A DNA stretch of 64,000 nucleotides, from IMG/VR virus record IMGVR_UViG_3300002141_000152, positions 44,971-108,970 of that record, one strand, 5' to 3'. Numbering within the stretch: the first letter of the stretch is position 1; every line of letters starts with the position of its first letter. Under the pieces are notes generated by a model. It saw only the letters and a list, made by a program, of their open reading frames with translations. It had not been told where the DNA came from and ran no database searches. Shown here in pieces: positions 10,400 to 20,673 of the stretch. This DNA comes from a virus. The position numbers were made by a program, and so were the translations under genes.

Positions 10400-11541
10400 T
10401 GTTTAACTTGGAAACGGCATATTCGGTAACTGACTTCTGCCAAGACGTTCTTAAAAAACGTTTTCCTGGAGACGTGATTCGCCAGCAGATAAATGACACC
10501 GACTCTGATAAGCTTAATTTTGCGTGTCCCTATTGCGGTGACTCAGAACGTGACCCAAATAAAAAACGTGGAAATCTATACCTGTCTACCCAAACATATA
10601 AATGCTTCAATGATGGCTGCGCAGTTTGGATTAAACTTGAAAAATTTATATCTAATTTTGCACAAAAATATCAACTTGGTGTTCCTGGAGTAAGCACCAA
10701 ACGACTTGAATATAAACCGGTTACTTCAACAAAGAAGCGAGGATTTTTAATTGAATTTCTAATTAATCGAGAAGTTGGTCAAAAACTGCTAGTCTTCAAT
10801 GACTTAATTCGTCGATTTGCACTTAGTCCATGTTCAGGAGCTGATCCTGGAAGTCCAATTGGATTATTTGTTGACAAACGAAAGATTAATCACCTTCCAG
10901 TATTTGAACAGAGTTGCTATTATGATTCACGAGAAGATAAAATTTATCTTTTTAATCTTGACCTTAAGTCAGGTAGGGTACTTGGCTTTGCCATTCGATA
11001 CATTGATGATAACTATCCTGGACCAAAATATAATATCAAAAATTACACTGATTTTAAGAAGACTGGTCTGCTTAGTGATTTAGAAGACGAGTTCATAACT
11101 GAAGTCAATTCAATAAATAACTATTTTAATATCCTAAATATTAATTTCACTCAAATAATTACAATCACTGAGGGACAAATTGATGCAATGTTTGTTCGAA
11201 ACTGCTTAGCAACAACTGGCGTAACCAAAAGCAAACAATTGTTGGCCAGCCTAGTAACTAAGAAGAACTCACGAATCTTATTTGATAATGATAAAGCCGG
11301 AAAGGAACAAAGTCTTGAATTATTAATGAAAGGATATACTGTATTCTTATGGTGTAAAATAACGCATGACTTGCGTAAAACATACCCGACCGCTGCTAAA
11401 ATTATTCGCGATGAGCTCAAAGATATTAATGACCTATATCGATTCTTACTTATTCGCGATTCTGCGCTCACATTTGACTCGTTTAATGACTTTCTGGATA
11501 AATACTTTTCAAATTCTGCATTCGATCTAATGCTTGTTTAA
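10399..11541 (+). CDS. T4 gp61-like DNA primase
   Basis: NFACPYCGDS...YKCFNDGC zinc finger; TEGQIDAMF and FDND TOPRIM motifs. Confidence 0.85.
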   Translation: MFNLETAYSVTDFCQDVLKKRFPGDVIRQQINDTDSDKLNFACPYCGDSERDPNKKRGNLYLSTQTYKCFNDGCAVWIKLEKFISNFAQKYQLGVPGVSTKRLEYKPVTSTKKRGFLIEFLINREVGQKLLVFNDLIRRFALSPCSGADPGSPIGLFVDKRKINHLPVFEQSCYYDSREDKIYLFNLDLKSGRVLGFAIRYIDDNYPGPKYNIKNYTDFKKTGLLSDLEDEFITEVNSINNYFNILNINFTQIITITEGQIDAMFVRNCLATTGVTKSKQLLASLVTKKNSRILFDNDKAGKEQSLELLMKGYTVFLWCKITHDLRKTYPTAAKIIRDELKDINDLYRFLLIRDSALTFDSFNDFLDKYFSNSAFDLMLV

Positions 11542-11567
11542 TAAATAATAAAAATATTAGACAAATC

Positions 11568-11900
11568 ATGAAAAGAATCATGTCACTTAACGAATTTTCA
11601 AATTGCAATACAAGTGGCGCGAATCCAGCGGATGATTCAGTACTTGATGAATTAAATCTTGATGAAACTATGCTTGATGCGTTAGTTGAACTTGTTGGTT
11701 CTGAAGAAGAAGTTGCAGAAGCTGCAGAAGCATCATTTAATGACTTAACCAATTCTTTTGAAAAGAATGAGCTTGAAATGACAGAAGAAGATGTTCCTGA
11801 AAAACTTGCAATCGCCGCACTAATCGTTAAATTAGTTGAACTTGGTAAAATTGGTCCAGAAGAAGCAGATCAGTTTATTTCAGATCACTTAGAAGATTAA
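11568..11900 (+). CDS. acidic hypothetical late protein
   Basis: MKRIMSLNEF leader; ATAAATAA upstream. Confidence 0.6.
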   Translation: MKRIMSLNEFSNCNTSGANPADDSVLDELNLDETMLDALVELVGSEEEVAEAAEASFNDLTNSFEKNELEMTEEDVPEKLAIAALIVKLVELGKIGPEEADQFISDHLED

Positions 11901-11975
11901 GTGTTATTTTCTCTTGCCACTGGGTATAGAGCCAAAAGGAGCCAACTCAGCTCCTTTTTTAATATATAATAATAT

Positions 11976-12479
11976 ATGGCAAAAACGGAAAGAGACATAC
12001 ACGACTTTTTAAAACCTCAGAATGGTCGAGTCAAGCAAGGGTATTTTACTCCGCGCAACCCACACAAATATAGAGGAGATCTCAGTAAAATAATATATCG
12101 TTCAAGTTGGGAACTTAAATTCTTAAGCTATTGTGATCAGAACGACGCAGTAATTGAATATGCATCAGAACCAGTAGGCATAAAATATGCGAATCCAATT
12201 CTAAAGAAGGAAAGTACTTACTGGATTGACTGCTATATGAAAACTAAGAATCATGACGGGTCTTTTACTAAGTGGTTAATAGAAGTCAAACCAAACAAGT
12301 ATTTGACTCCACCGGAACCCCCAAAGCGACTTACTGAGAAACAGACACTAAACTATGCTCGTCATGCAAAAGCATATATTATCAATAATGCAAAGTTCGC
12401 AGCTGCTAGACTCTATGCAGGTAAAAACGCAATGCGCTTCGGGATAATAACCGAAAACTTTTTATTCAATAAGGTGTAA
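11976..12479 (+). CDS. head completion nuclease (T4 gp4-like, TnsA-like fold)
   Basis: QGYFTPRNPHKYRGD, IYRSSWELKF, IEVKP, ITE. Confidence 0.85.
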   Translation: MAKTERDIHDFLKPQNGRVKQGYFTPRNPHKYRGDLSKIIYRSSWELKFLSYCDQNDAVIEYASEPVGIKYANPILKKESTYWIDCYMKTKNHDGSFTKWLIEVKPNKYLTPPEPPKRLTEKQTLNYARHAKAYIINNAKFAAARLYAGKNAMRFGIITENFLFNKV

Positions 12480-12499
12480 AATATCTAAAGTTTAGCAGT

Positions 12500-13117
12500 T
12501 TGAAGAAATTTGAAGAAATAGAGAAAAATAATGGTCAATTTGATCTAACTCAAGTTGCAGAAACTTTTGGAGTCATTCAGCGTCGTAACCAATTTATACC
12601 TGGTAGATTTTATTCTCTTAATATTGTCAGTAATGTTCCTAACTTAACAGAAGAAATAGTTCCTCAGCTTTCTAGCGGCAAACCATACTATGATTTACGT
12701 CCATGTGGATTAGTTCTATTCCATGATAATTGGAAAGAAACTACGCTTATTCTTAATTTAAGAACAATGCCAATTCCAGTTAGTGCAAAACTGTTAGAGG
12801 CATACTATGAATTTTCTGCAAAGAACGGATTTCAGAACTTGTATCGAGATGGTAAACTTATGCCATTGACTGACCGACAATTAATAGATCAGCGCTTCTA
12901 TTTAGTGAACACGACTATTCTGAGCCAGACTATTGGTTTTTCTAACTTAAACTATTCAATAAATAAATATAATATAGATGATATCGCAGAAGCTCGATTA
13001 ATAGATTGGGATAATTTTGGAATGATGGTTCGACCTAGGTTTTCCCAGGTCGGGCTTTTCCCAGATAACCTTAGCATGGAACGAGTTTTCGAAGAGTTTA
13101 TAGCAAATTCAATATAA
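12500..13117 (+). CDS. T4 gp2-like DNA end protector
   Basis: PGRFY...PYYDLRP...LNLRTMP resembles gp2; lies next to gp4. Confidence 0.5.
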   Translation: MKKFEEIEKNNGQFDLTQVAETFGVIQRRNQFIPGRFYSLNIVSNVPNLTEEIVPQLSSGKPYYDLRPCGLVLFHDNWKETTLILNLRTMPIPVSAKLLEAYYEFSAKNGFQNLYRDGKLMPLTDRQLIDQRFYLVNTTILSQTIGFSNLNYSINKYNIDDIAEARLIDWDNFGMMVRPRFSQVGLFPDNLSMERVFEEFIANSI

Positions 13118-13130
13118 TAATTAATAACAT

Positions 13131-14837
13131 ATGAGTGGATTTTTAGACACACCAAGAGGGCGATCTAGTGGTAAATTAGCTGGACTAAGTAAATTCGGTA
13201 CAAAATACGAAGACTTACTTCTTAAAAACTCGCAAGCAATTGGTTTCATTGAGAGCCAAATTGCATCTCGATCAACTCGACTAGGTCCTGGTGATGATTT
13301 ACTTAAATTCTCAATGGCAATTGCCGATACTACTTCACAGCTTCGATCAAAGGCAATTGCCTTCTTTCAGTTGGATTACGTAGTAAAACGTGAACGTCTT
13401 CGTGATGTTGCATCAAATGGTGAAATAGAATTTATCCTTGAAACAATCGTAGATGATATGATTGTAAACGATGATGAAAATCGTTTTTGTTATGCGACTG
13501 ACTTAACTGGAAAAATCATGTATCGTGGATCTACTAAAGAGGAACGACTTAATTTCCAAGAGAAAGTAGTAAAGAGACACGTTGATAATTTCGACAAGAT
13601 GTATAATGCTTGGGGATTTAGTGGCGGTATTTCTGCATGGCAGTATGCATTCCAATTCCTAGTAGAAGGTCACCTGTGTTTTGAAATCATATATAACGAT
13701 TTACAGAAACCAACTGAAATTATTGGTTTTAAAGAACTTGACCCTGCAAGTATTGCACCACAGTTACAAAAAGATGCAAAAGGCAAGCTTTTCTTACAGT
13801 GGTTACAATATGACCAATCAAATGGAGGAACTAGAGTATTAAATGACTCGCAAGTCATCTATATTTCATATGCAAATCACTTTAGAACAAAACGTGTTTC
13901 ATTTGTTGAACGGCTGATTCGGTCGTTTAACTTACTTCGGGTTATTGAACATAGTAAAGTTATTTGGCACGTAATGAATGCGCCAATTCGTTTGACTACA
14001 ACTGTTCCAGTAGGTTCTAAGAGTTTACAAAAGAGTCAAGAAGACGTTCGTGAATTTATGAACTTATTAAAAGAAGATATAGGATTTAATGGAGATACTG
14101 GTGAATTAACAGTTGATGGTAAACCAAATATTTTATTTTATAAGAATTATGTTCTACCTCAAAATGATCAAAATCAATCTGTAAAAATAGAACCGCTACA
14201 GATGCCTGGACCAAACTTGTCTGGTTCTGAATTACTAAATTACTTCTATAAGAAATTAAAAATGGATTCGAAAATCCCATATTCTCGTTGGGAAGGTCAA
14301 AGTGGCATGGGAGCATTTACGCTTAATTCCGAAGGTATTAGTCGTGAGGAAATTCGTTACCAAAAATTTATTAAACGATTACGTTCTGCATTCTCAGAAT
14401 TGATGATTAAACCGTGGTACTTACAAATGTGTTTAGATTTTCCCGAATTAGCTGATGACCATAAATTCGTAAATGCAATCGGTATTACTTATCATAATGA
14501 TAATGTATTTGAAGAAATTAAAGAAAATGAAATTGAAGCGAAACGTATAGCATCGTTTACTGCTAAGAAAGGAATCACTAAAGATGACGGAACACCATTC
14601 TTCTCAACTGAGTACTTGATTCGTAAAGAACTTAAAATGACTGAATCTGAAATTGAAGCAAATCAACAGTGGTTTGATTCAAAAGAGGAAGATGAACCAG
14701 ATGCAGTTGCTGGTCCAGCAGGCGGTGGAGCAGCAGGCGGTGGAGGAGCAGCAGGCGGAGCAGCCGCAAGTGCTCCAGCAGAAGGTGGTTCTGAAACGAT
14801 TGAAGGTGGAGAAACAAAAGGCACAGGTCAACTCTAA
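13131..14837 (+). CDS. portal vertex protein (T4 gp20-like)
   Basis: YFYKKLKMDSKIPYSR, ISREEIRYQKFIKRLRSAFS, Gly/Ala-rich tail; 568 aa. Confidence 0.85.
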   Translation: MSGFLDTPRGRSSGKLAGLSKFGTKYEDLLLKNSQAIGFIESQIASRSTRLGPGDDLLKFSMAIADTTSQLRSKAIAFFQLDYVVKRERLRDVASNGEIEFILETIVDDMIVNDDENRFCYATDLTGKIMYRGSTKEERLNFQEKVVKRHVDNFDKMYNAWGFSGGISAWQYAFQFLVEGHLCFEIIYNDLQKPTEIIGFKELDPASIAPQLQKDAKGKLFLQWLQYDQSNGGTRVLNDSQVIYISYANHFRTKRVSFVERLIRSFNLLRVIEHSKVIWHVMNAPIRLTTTVPVGSKSLQKSQEDVREFMNLLKEDIGFNGDTGELTVDGKPNILFYKNYVLPQNDQNQSVKIEPLQMPGPNLSGSELLNYFYKKLKMDSKIPYSRWEGQSGMGAFTLNSEGISREEIRYQKFIKRLRSAFSELMIKPWYLQMCLDFPELADDHKFVNAIGITYHNDNVFEEIKENEIEAKRIASFTAKKGITKDDGTPFFSTEYLIRKELKMTESEIEANQQWFDSKEEDEPDAVAGPAGGGAAGGGGAAGGAAASAPAEGGSETIEGGETKGTGQL

Positions 14838-14868
14838 ATAACCGATTTACTTACTCTTATTAAACAGC

Positions 14869-14894
14869 AAAATCCCCAATTGGGGATTTTTTTT
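14869..14894. terminator. bidirectional intrinsic terminator
   Basis: AAAATCCCCAATTGGGGATTTTTTTT between convergent genes. Confidence 0.8.
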
Positions 14895-14896
14895 GT

Positions 14897-15274
14897 TTAA
14901 TCGTAGAAGATTGAGAGTGGATTTTTAAGCTCCGGTACATCTATAAGTAGGACAAATATTTCACGGCCGGCTCGATCATCTGAATAGGATGCTGGACGAA
15001 CTCCAATATTTCTTTTTCTAGCTTCGCCAACATACTTGTTAATTTGTCCGCCTGCTTCTTTAGTAAGAGCAAACGGATCAATTGTAAATTCAAATAGGTA
15101 CTTTTCGACATCGAGTCCAAAATCAGGTTCTCCAAGAACTTCTCCTTTTTTAGTGAATAGAGTCATCTTAATCTGCTGTAGAGCAGACTCAAGGTCCTCG
15201 TGCACTTCGAGTTGTTCTGGTCGATATGCTGGGTCAGTTTCAGGTCTAAGATAAAAATCTCTAAGTTGCGACAT
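14897..15274 (-). CDS. gp25-like baseplate wedge protein
   Basis: LFTKKGEVLGEPDFGLDVEKYLFE. Confidence 0.75.
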   Translation of the reverse strand: MSQLRDFYLRPETDPAYRPEQLEVHEDLESALQQIKMTLFTKKGEVLGEPDFGLDVEKYLFEFTIDPFALTKEAGGQINKYVGEARKRNIGVRPASYSDDRAGREIFVLLIDVPELKNPLSIFYD

Positions 15275-15276
15275 AG

Positions 15277-16272
15277 TTAATATATTTTCAAAGAATATTT
15301 AAGTCCTTTTTTAAGAACTGCTTCTTTTTTATTATTTATTTGAGTGTCCTTTTTTACAGTGTATGTTGACTTTACTTCAATTACTCTATTTTCAGAAATA
15401 ATGTAGATATCTGGATAATATCTGTGAGTCTTTCCATTTACATCATACAATATACTTCCAATCTGCTCGGATATTTCAACGTTCCCGACAACTATATCTT
15501 CTTCTTTATATTCGTTTAACAAAAGTTCATCTATACCTTTCCACTCGTAACCTTGAACATGAACTATCTTACCTGATGGAAAAATGTAAGGTTTACGTTT
15601 ATACATTCTACTTTCAAATACTTTTTCATTTTGCATTGGATGAGGTACTCCATATTTTTCTATAGATGAAGATATTGCAGCATCCTTAAATTTTTTGGTT
15701 TTACAGAATGAATTTACTCCATATTTTTCAATACATGTCTTTCTTCTTTTTTCATTTATCTTTTCTTTATTTTTAGAAAGTGATGCACGCACTGCATCAA
15801 TTAAATTAACCGATTGTGTATTCCATTTAACTCCTCTTCTTTCCAAGTTAGTCGCTTGAACTTTTTCTCTCCATTCTGGCGTTTGTGATATATTTTTTAC
15901 TCCATGCTTCTTCATTACTCCATCCTCAGTCTTAATCAAATTATGCTTTTTCTTACACTCAATACTTGAACACGTAGTTATGTAGTGTCCTTGTAATTTA
16001 GGATTAATATGTGAACTTACGATTCTAGCGTTCCGTTCCTTAACTGATCTAGGTTTTCCACAATATCCACATGTTAAAACATAATCTATTTGATTTATAT
16101 AATGATATAACCGCTGATTTGTCGTAATTTCAGAATAATATTCATCTAAAAATGAAGTTGCTTCCAATAATTCATCCAACATTCCGTCTTTATTTTTCTT
16201 CAGCATTAATATTGCAGAAGTAGGTCTACTTGGATTAAATTGGGTTTTTAAATATTGCGATAGATGTGACAT
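15277..16272 (-). CDS. putative free-standing PD-(D/E)xK homing endonuclease
   Basis: KYGV repeats, VQGYE, RYYPDIYIISENRVIEVKS. Confidence 0.7.
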   Translation of the reverse strand: MSHLSQYLKTQFNPSRPTSAILMLKKNKDGMLDELLEATSFLDEYYSEITTNQRLYHYINQIDYVLTCGYCGKPRSVKERNARIVSSHINPKLQGHYITTCSSIECKKKHNLIKTEDGVMKKHGVKNISQTPEWREKVQATNLERRGVKWNTQSVNLIDAVRASLSKNKEKINEKRRKTCIEKYGVNSFCKTKKFKDAAISSSIEKYGVPHPMQNEKVFESRMYKRKPYIFPSGKIVHVQGYEWKGIDELLLNEYKEEDIVVGNVEISEQIGSILYDVNGKTHRYYPDIYIISENRVIEVKSTYTVKKDTQINNKKEAVLKKGLKYSLKIY

Positions 16273-16330
16273 ATATTTGTCTTTTAATTATATATCTCAA
16301 TACACTGTTAGAAAATACACCAGAGTGTAA

Positions 16331-17065
16331 TTATTGATGAACTAACAGCATCCAATCGGGAGTGTTTTCTCCCTTCATCATTGCTTTAACCTCTTCCATC
16401 TCCTTTTCAGCAGTAGTTGTGATATTCTGATAATTTACAGTAACGTCTCCAGGCAAAGTATAATTGAATGTTTGTAACATATGCGCAAGTCTTACTTTTG
16501 AGTGAGCACGAACATATCTTTGAAACACCTCATCCTCATATAATTTATCTGGTTCAAGTTTTTTATAAACTCGAAGAACTGCATTAGCCGGTGGAGTTCT
16601 ACCTAAAACTCCAAGCATTTTAGTGTTCTTATTATAATCATATGCAATAGAGTCAATCATAAAACTTTTAGTAAGATCTAAGAATGAGAAAAGAACAGTA
16701 CGATATACTAAACTTTCTCCAACAAATGGAGTCAAGTAGATTTCAGATCCAATAAATTTTTGTTCACCAAAATCTCGATCAATTGTTCCAAACATTGAAA
16801 CTCCGCGTGCTTCTTTAAAATCAACTACAAATTGTACACAGTCTGGTAACTGAATCTGTCTAAACTTTTTGAATGTTGCATTTTTAAACAGCTCAAGAGG
16901 TAATAATAAGTATCTGCTCTCTACTGCATGTCTCCAATTATCCCAAAAATATCGACAGTCATTTTCGATGATACGCTTAATCTCTTTTTCTGGAAGAGAA
17001 TATGGTAATGCACCAGAGAAGGTGATTTCATTATTAATATCTTCTATAAGTTCTTTTTCGCTCAT
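16331..17065 (-). CDS. neck/head-tail adaptor protein (gp13-like)
   Basis: C-terminal FNYTLPGDVTVNY...AEKEMEEVK; start reassigned to MSEKELIEDI. Confidence 0.6.
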   Translation of the reverse strand: MSEKELIEDINNEITFSGALPYSLPEKEIKRIIENDCRYFWDNWRHAVESRYLLLPLELFKNATFKKFRQIQLPDCVQFVVDFKEARGVSMFGTIDRDFGEQKFIGSEIYLTPFVGESLVYRTVLFSFLDLTKSFMIDSIAYDYNKNTKMLGVLGRTPPANAVLRVYKKLEPDKLYEDEVFQRYVRAHSKVRLAHMLQTFNYTLPGDVTVNYQNITTTAEKEMEEVKAMMKGENTPDWMLLVHQ

Positions 17066-17072
17066 CGTTAGT

Positions 17073-17519
17073 TTATTGATTTGATCCCGGCCCGCCACCT
17101 GAGCCATCGTCACTGAATCTAACACTAGATTTATCAACATCGACTGTAAAGCCTTTGTCTCCTAGCATTCTACCCATTGCCCGCTGGTTCTTTTTTGCAA
17201 TAACTGCATCCTGTTTACCTGCACGTTCCATTGATTTATGCATCATCTGGCCAAGTGCTTTTTGTTTTAATTTCTTTTTCCAGTCACTATGAAAAATAAG
17301 ATTCATAGCTCTGGTAATATCGATATCCTCAATGGTTCCAGTATATCTACCAGGATTTCGAGCAGCTTTTTCATTTGCAAGTTCCTGTGCGATTGCCATT
17401 ACTGAAGTATAGACTCCAGCTAGAGCGCTTTGTACCATGCCAGTAAAGTTAGTCGGGTAAACGACTTCTTTTGTTGCCTCATTAATGAATTCCTGGTATG
17501 ATTTTAATCTATTTTCCAT
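17073..17519 (-). CDS. putative internal head protein
   Basis: MENRLKSYQEFINE closely resembles the T4 CTS MKTYQEFIAE. Confidence 0.6.
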   Translation of the reverse strand: MENRLKSYQEFINEATKEVVYPTNFTGMVQSALAGVYTSVMAIAQELANEKAARNPGRYTGTIEDIDITRAMNLIFHSDWKKKLKQKALGQMMHKSMERAGKQDAVIAKKNQRAMGRMLGDKGFTVDVDKSSVRFSDDGSGGGPGSNQ

Positions 17520-17851
17520 TATGCTGTAGTGACAGGCGCAGCAGCTTTTGCAGCTTCTGCTTTTTGTTGTTCTTCTTGCTGTTTGGTAGAAGCGGCAGCA
17601 TCATATGCAGTCTGTAACTTATTAAGTTCATCCTGTTTCATAACTGTCTGCTTTTGTAAAGTCAATAATTCATTCTTCTTTAGTTGAAGAGCATCATATT
17701 GAGTTCTTAGTGCTGGATCATTTGGAATAGGGTCAGTTGCACCTTCTTCTTGGACCATTTGTGGATTTGCGCCAATCTTTAATTCAGGAGCAGCCTCTTT
17801 TTCTGCGGTTTTCATGAACTTCTTAAAACTTGAAACATATGATGCTGCCAT
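17519..17851 (-). CDS. coiled-coil hypothetical late protein
   Basis: 110 aa, VSSFKKFM leader. Confidence 0.55.
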   Translation of the reverse strand: MAASYVSSFKKFMKTAEKEAAPELKIGANPQMVQEEGATDPIPNDPALRTQYDALQLKKNELLTLQKQTVMKQDELNKLQTAYDAAASTKQQEEQQKAEAAKAAAPVTTA

Positions 17852-17872
17852 TTAATTGTATATTTTTATTAT

Positions 17873-18154
17873 TTATTTTGAAAAATGCTTTGCCGCTTTT
17901 CTAAAATCATGGTACGATAATACATTCTTCTTCTTAATCTTCTTTGGGTTTAATCCGAAGGCGCTGGTTAATCTTCCGCCGCTTAGGAAAGGTGAATTAT
18001 TCCAGTGTGCTGGAATAGATCCAGATGATCCTGCATAAAACATCATTGCGCTTGCACGATCGGTAGCTGGGCTCATAATAATATCTGCTGGATCTCGTTC
18101 CATTGAATCAGTTCCCATTACTTCAACTATATAGTTTGCAAAGCCACTAACCAT
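17873..18154 (-). CDS. hypothetical late protein
   Basis: MVSGFANYIVE leader. Confidence 0.55.
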   Translation of the reverse strand: MVSGFANYIVEVMGTDSMERDPADIIMSPATDRASAMMFYAGSSGSIPAHWNNSPFLSGGRLTSAFGLNPKKIKKKNVLSYHDFRKAAKHFSK

Positions 18155-18155
18155 C

Positions 18156-18608
18156 TTATCCTGGAAAATTTAGAGAATCTTGTGATTGATCTAATGAAAA
18201 AGGTTGTACTGGAGTAGGAGGAGCAACCTGTGCATCTTGCGGAGCAACTGCTGCTGAAAATGTTAAATCATGATCATCCGGTTGATTCATATTAGACATT
18301 GCGTGATCTCCAAACATACTTTGATTCTTTTCAATATATAATTCAAGTCCCATTGCTACCAATGGATCATTCTCTTTACATTTGTTGATGAAATCGCCAA
18401 CAGTCATTGTCATTGGATCAACTGGAGCAGATGCTTGACCTTCTGCTGGAAGTGCAAGCTGTTGTGCTGGATAATCGATTGGCATTTCTGGAGTTTCTGG
18501 AGCTGCTGGTTGAAGTCCTAGTTCTGTCGTTGCATCTGGATTGATTGCTGCAGGCGGTGCTGCTTGTTCAAGAAGTCGTCTAATGCTTTTAAAATTTTTC
18601 ATTCTCAT
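18156..18608 (-). CDS. Pro/Ala/Gln-rich hypothetical late protein
   Basis: 150 aa; ATAAATAA upstream. Confidence 0.55.
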   Translation of the reverse strand: MRMKNFKSIRRLLEQAAPPAAINPDATTELGLQPAAPETPEMPIDYPAQQLALPAEGQASAPVDPMTMTVGDFINKCKENDPLVAMGLELYIEKNQSMFGDHAMSNMNQPDDHDLTFSAAVAPQDAQVAPPTPVQPFSLDQSQDSLNFPG

Positions 18609-18688
18609 GTTATATTATTTTAATAAGATGTGATCTTTAGTTTATTTATTTAGAAACCAAACGATATTTCGTAATATAAAAGTAATGT

Positions 18689-18934
18689 ATGACAAAAATA
18701 AATGATGAACTAATAGTTAAGTCACAGGCAATTCGTAAAGAATTAGAAACAGCGATTTTATTGAAGTTGGGACAAATTAAAGAAAAGATCCTAATACATA
18801 GTTATAAAACAATTGGCGAAGAGATTCAAACTCTTTCGATAGTTCACGATGATTTAGATGATGTTCTATTAAATTGGGAGATTAGTAGTATAAGTATCTT
18901 TCCAACACAATTAGCTGATATTGACGAAGACTAG
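18689..18934 (+). CDS. hypothetical protein
   Basis: 81-aa ORF. Confidence 0.5.
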   Translation: MTKINDELIVKSQAIRKELETAILLKLGQIKEKILIHSYKTIGEEIQTLSIVHDDLDDVLLNWEISSISIFPTQLADIDED

Positions 18935-19031
18935 CCCTTGCATATCATGCAATTGCTTGTGTGGTATACTGCGTATGCGGTGGGATTCTGAGCCAATTGT
19001 ATAAATTCAAATTAGTTTTTAACTAATTTCT

Positions 19032-19637
19032 TCATTTAATATGCGATGATAATTCGCCACTGATCTGTGCAGCAACAACGCGCAATTGTATAATTTCTTC
19101 AGCGGGCAATGTTTTCTTACGATCAGTATATTCAACTCCTAATACTGCAATTAACCGATTTTCTAAATTTCTAATTCCAAATAGGTATGAACTTTTTGTT
19201 CTACATTCATCTGAAAAATATTTTAAACCGTATAGTTCAGCATCAGCATCTTTATAATCAAGTATTGAAAGATAGTCGTCTGTTAATACTTTATGTAGTG
19301 CTTTGCTGAAAAGGTTTACTGGAATATTTTGAAAGTTATCTCTTATTGTATCTTTAGATAATCGTGTGAATTCGTAAATCATACTAAATTTTTGAATCGA
19401 TTTGCCAGTAGGATAGAAGTTTCCGCCATTGTGAAATTGTAAAATCCAAATGCGATCTGCAGTGTACTCACTAAGTACTCGCTCAATCTCATCATTAATA
19501 ATGTTCGCATTATTAACTGCTTCTACTAAAACATCTGGTTTTTTTCGTTTGTTCAAGTTGTATTTAACAATAACCACGATTAATGGTCCAATTACTCCCG
19601 ATAAAAAAGCTATAATTATATTTGATATATCTGCCAA
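19032..19637 (-). CDS. N-terminal TM helix plus GAF-like domain (possible T-type holin)
   Basis: Hydrophobic IIIAFLSGVIGPLIVVIV, then ADRIWILQFHNGG...LIAVLGVEY. Confidence 0.5.
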   Translation of the reverse strand: MADISNIIIAFLSGVIGPLIVVIVKYNLNKRKKPDVLVEAVNNANIINDEIERVLSEYTADRIWILQFHNGGNFYPTGKSIQKFSMIYEFTRLSKDTIRDNFQNIPVNLFSKALHKVLTDDYLSILDYKDADAELYGLKYFSDECRTKSSYLFGIRNLENRLIAVLGVEYTDRKKTLPAEEIIQLRVVAAQISGELSSHIK

Positions 19638-19652
19638 GGGTCCTAATATTTT

Positions 19653-20315
19653 TTACATGTTGCAACCACAGGTTGCTCCAAATTTGTCGTATTCTGCATC
19701 ACAGTTTGAGCAAAATTCATTATTTGATTTTGTTACCGAATTTCTTTTCATTCCACTCCCGTCACAACTTTCACAACCTTCACCTTCACAACTTTTGCAA
19801 AATGGAGATTCAAATCCAAAATCATCATCTTCTTCTTTCCAATCATCATCAAACAGATATTCGTTATGTGACTCGTTAAGGAATCCGCGGAAATTTTTAA
19901 CTTTATATGATTCTTCAACGGTTTTAGGATTCGCACCAGTCTCTGGTTCAGGAACATCTTTATCTTCAGTCTCCTCCTTTTCTGCAGGTTCAGTCACTTC
20001 TTCAGTTTCTTCTTGGTCTACTGGTTCTTCCTCTTCAGTAGAGTCAGCCGTCGTTTCAATTTCTTCTGGTGCATTCAGGTCAGAGTCAACAGCTGATGTG
20101 AATTTAGGTGAACCTACTGCTCCAGGCTGAGGAGGTGTCATTTCGATGCCAGCATCTACTGGTTTGTTCGGGCCAATTGGTTTTTGGTTATATGATTCTT
20201 TGTCAAATCCTTCTTCGAAGTTATTTGATGATTGAGTAAATGAATCTAGGGTCTTTTCATCATCGCTAGAATACTTACCTGCAAATTCTGAGAAATTTAA
20301 AACTCTTCCTGGCAT
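19653..20315 (-). CDS. acidic protein with C-terminal Cys clusters
   Basis: CKSCEGEGCESCDG and CSNC...CGC; leader RVLNFSEF. Confidence 0.6.
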   Translation of the reverse strand: MPGRVLNFSEFAGKYSSDDEKTLDSFTQSSNNFEEGFDKESYNQKPIGPNKPVDAGIEMTPPQPGAVGSPKFTSAVDSDLNAPEEIETTADSTEEEEPVDQEETEEVTEPAEKEETEDKDVPEPETGANPKTVEESYKVKNFRGFLNESHNEYLFDDDWKEEDDDFGFESPFCKSCEGEGCESCDGSGMKRNSVTKSNNEFCSNCDAEYDKFGATCGCNM

Positions 20316-20458
20316 GTCAGTGATTTATTTTAATTTATTTATCAAGAAAATTCTGTCAAAAATTTAATATTGTAATTCGATTTGAGTATAATTGATCTAT
20401 AAATGGAAAAACAAAGAATTTACTTAGACTGCGTTTGAACTCCAATTGATAAATAGCT

Positions 20459-20668
20459 ATGCCACATGAACACAGGGTCGGAGATGCCCATCGTACAAAC
20501 AATTTAAGCCTGGTTCCAGGCGGATCTGTAATTAAACTTGTATACTCAGGTAATAAACACCGAGTGTATGATAAAATAAAAAATGTCGAAGCATATTCTA
20601 CTCATGCTAAACAAAACTCAAATGTAATTGAAATTTGGGTAGATGGAGTTCTGTCATGGAAACGATAA
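20459..20668 (+). CDS. small conserved phage hypothetical protein
   Basis: 69-aa ORF. Confidence 0.5.
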   Translation: MPHEHRVGDAHRTNNLSLVPGGSVIKLVYSGNKHRVYDKIKNVEAYSTHAKQNSNVIEIWVDGVLSWKR

Positions 20669-20673
20669 ATACA

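Noticed and set aside
14715-14770. GCAGGCGGTGGA repeats
   Set aside because: They encode the Gly/Ala low-complexity tail of the portal protein.
19450-20130. 226-aa plus-strand ORF and similar antisense ORFs (e.g. 23417, 47325, 52696, 61502)
   Set aside because: Most are shadows of better-supported opposite-strand genes with Ser-rich antisense composition; 61502 runs across a promoter and GC-rich spacer.
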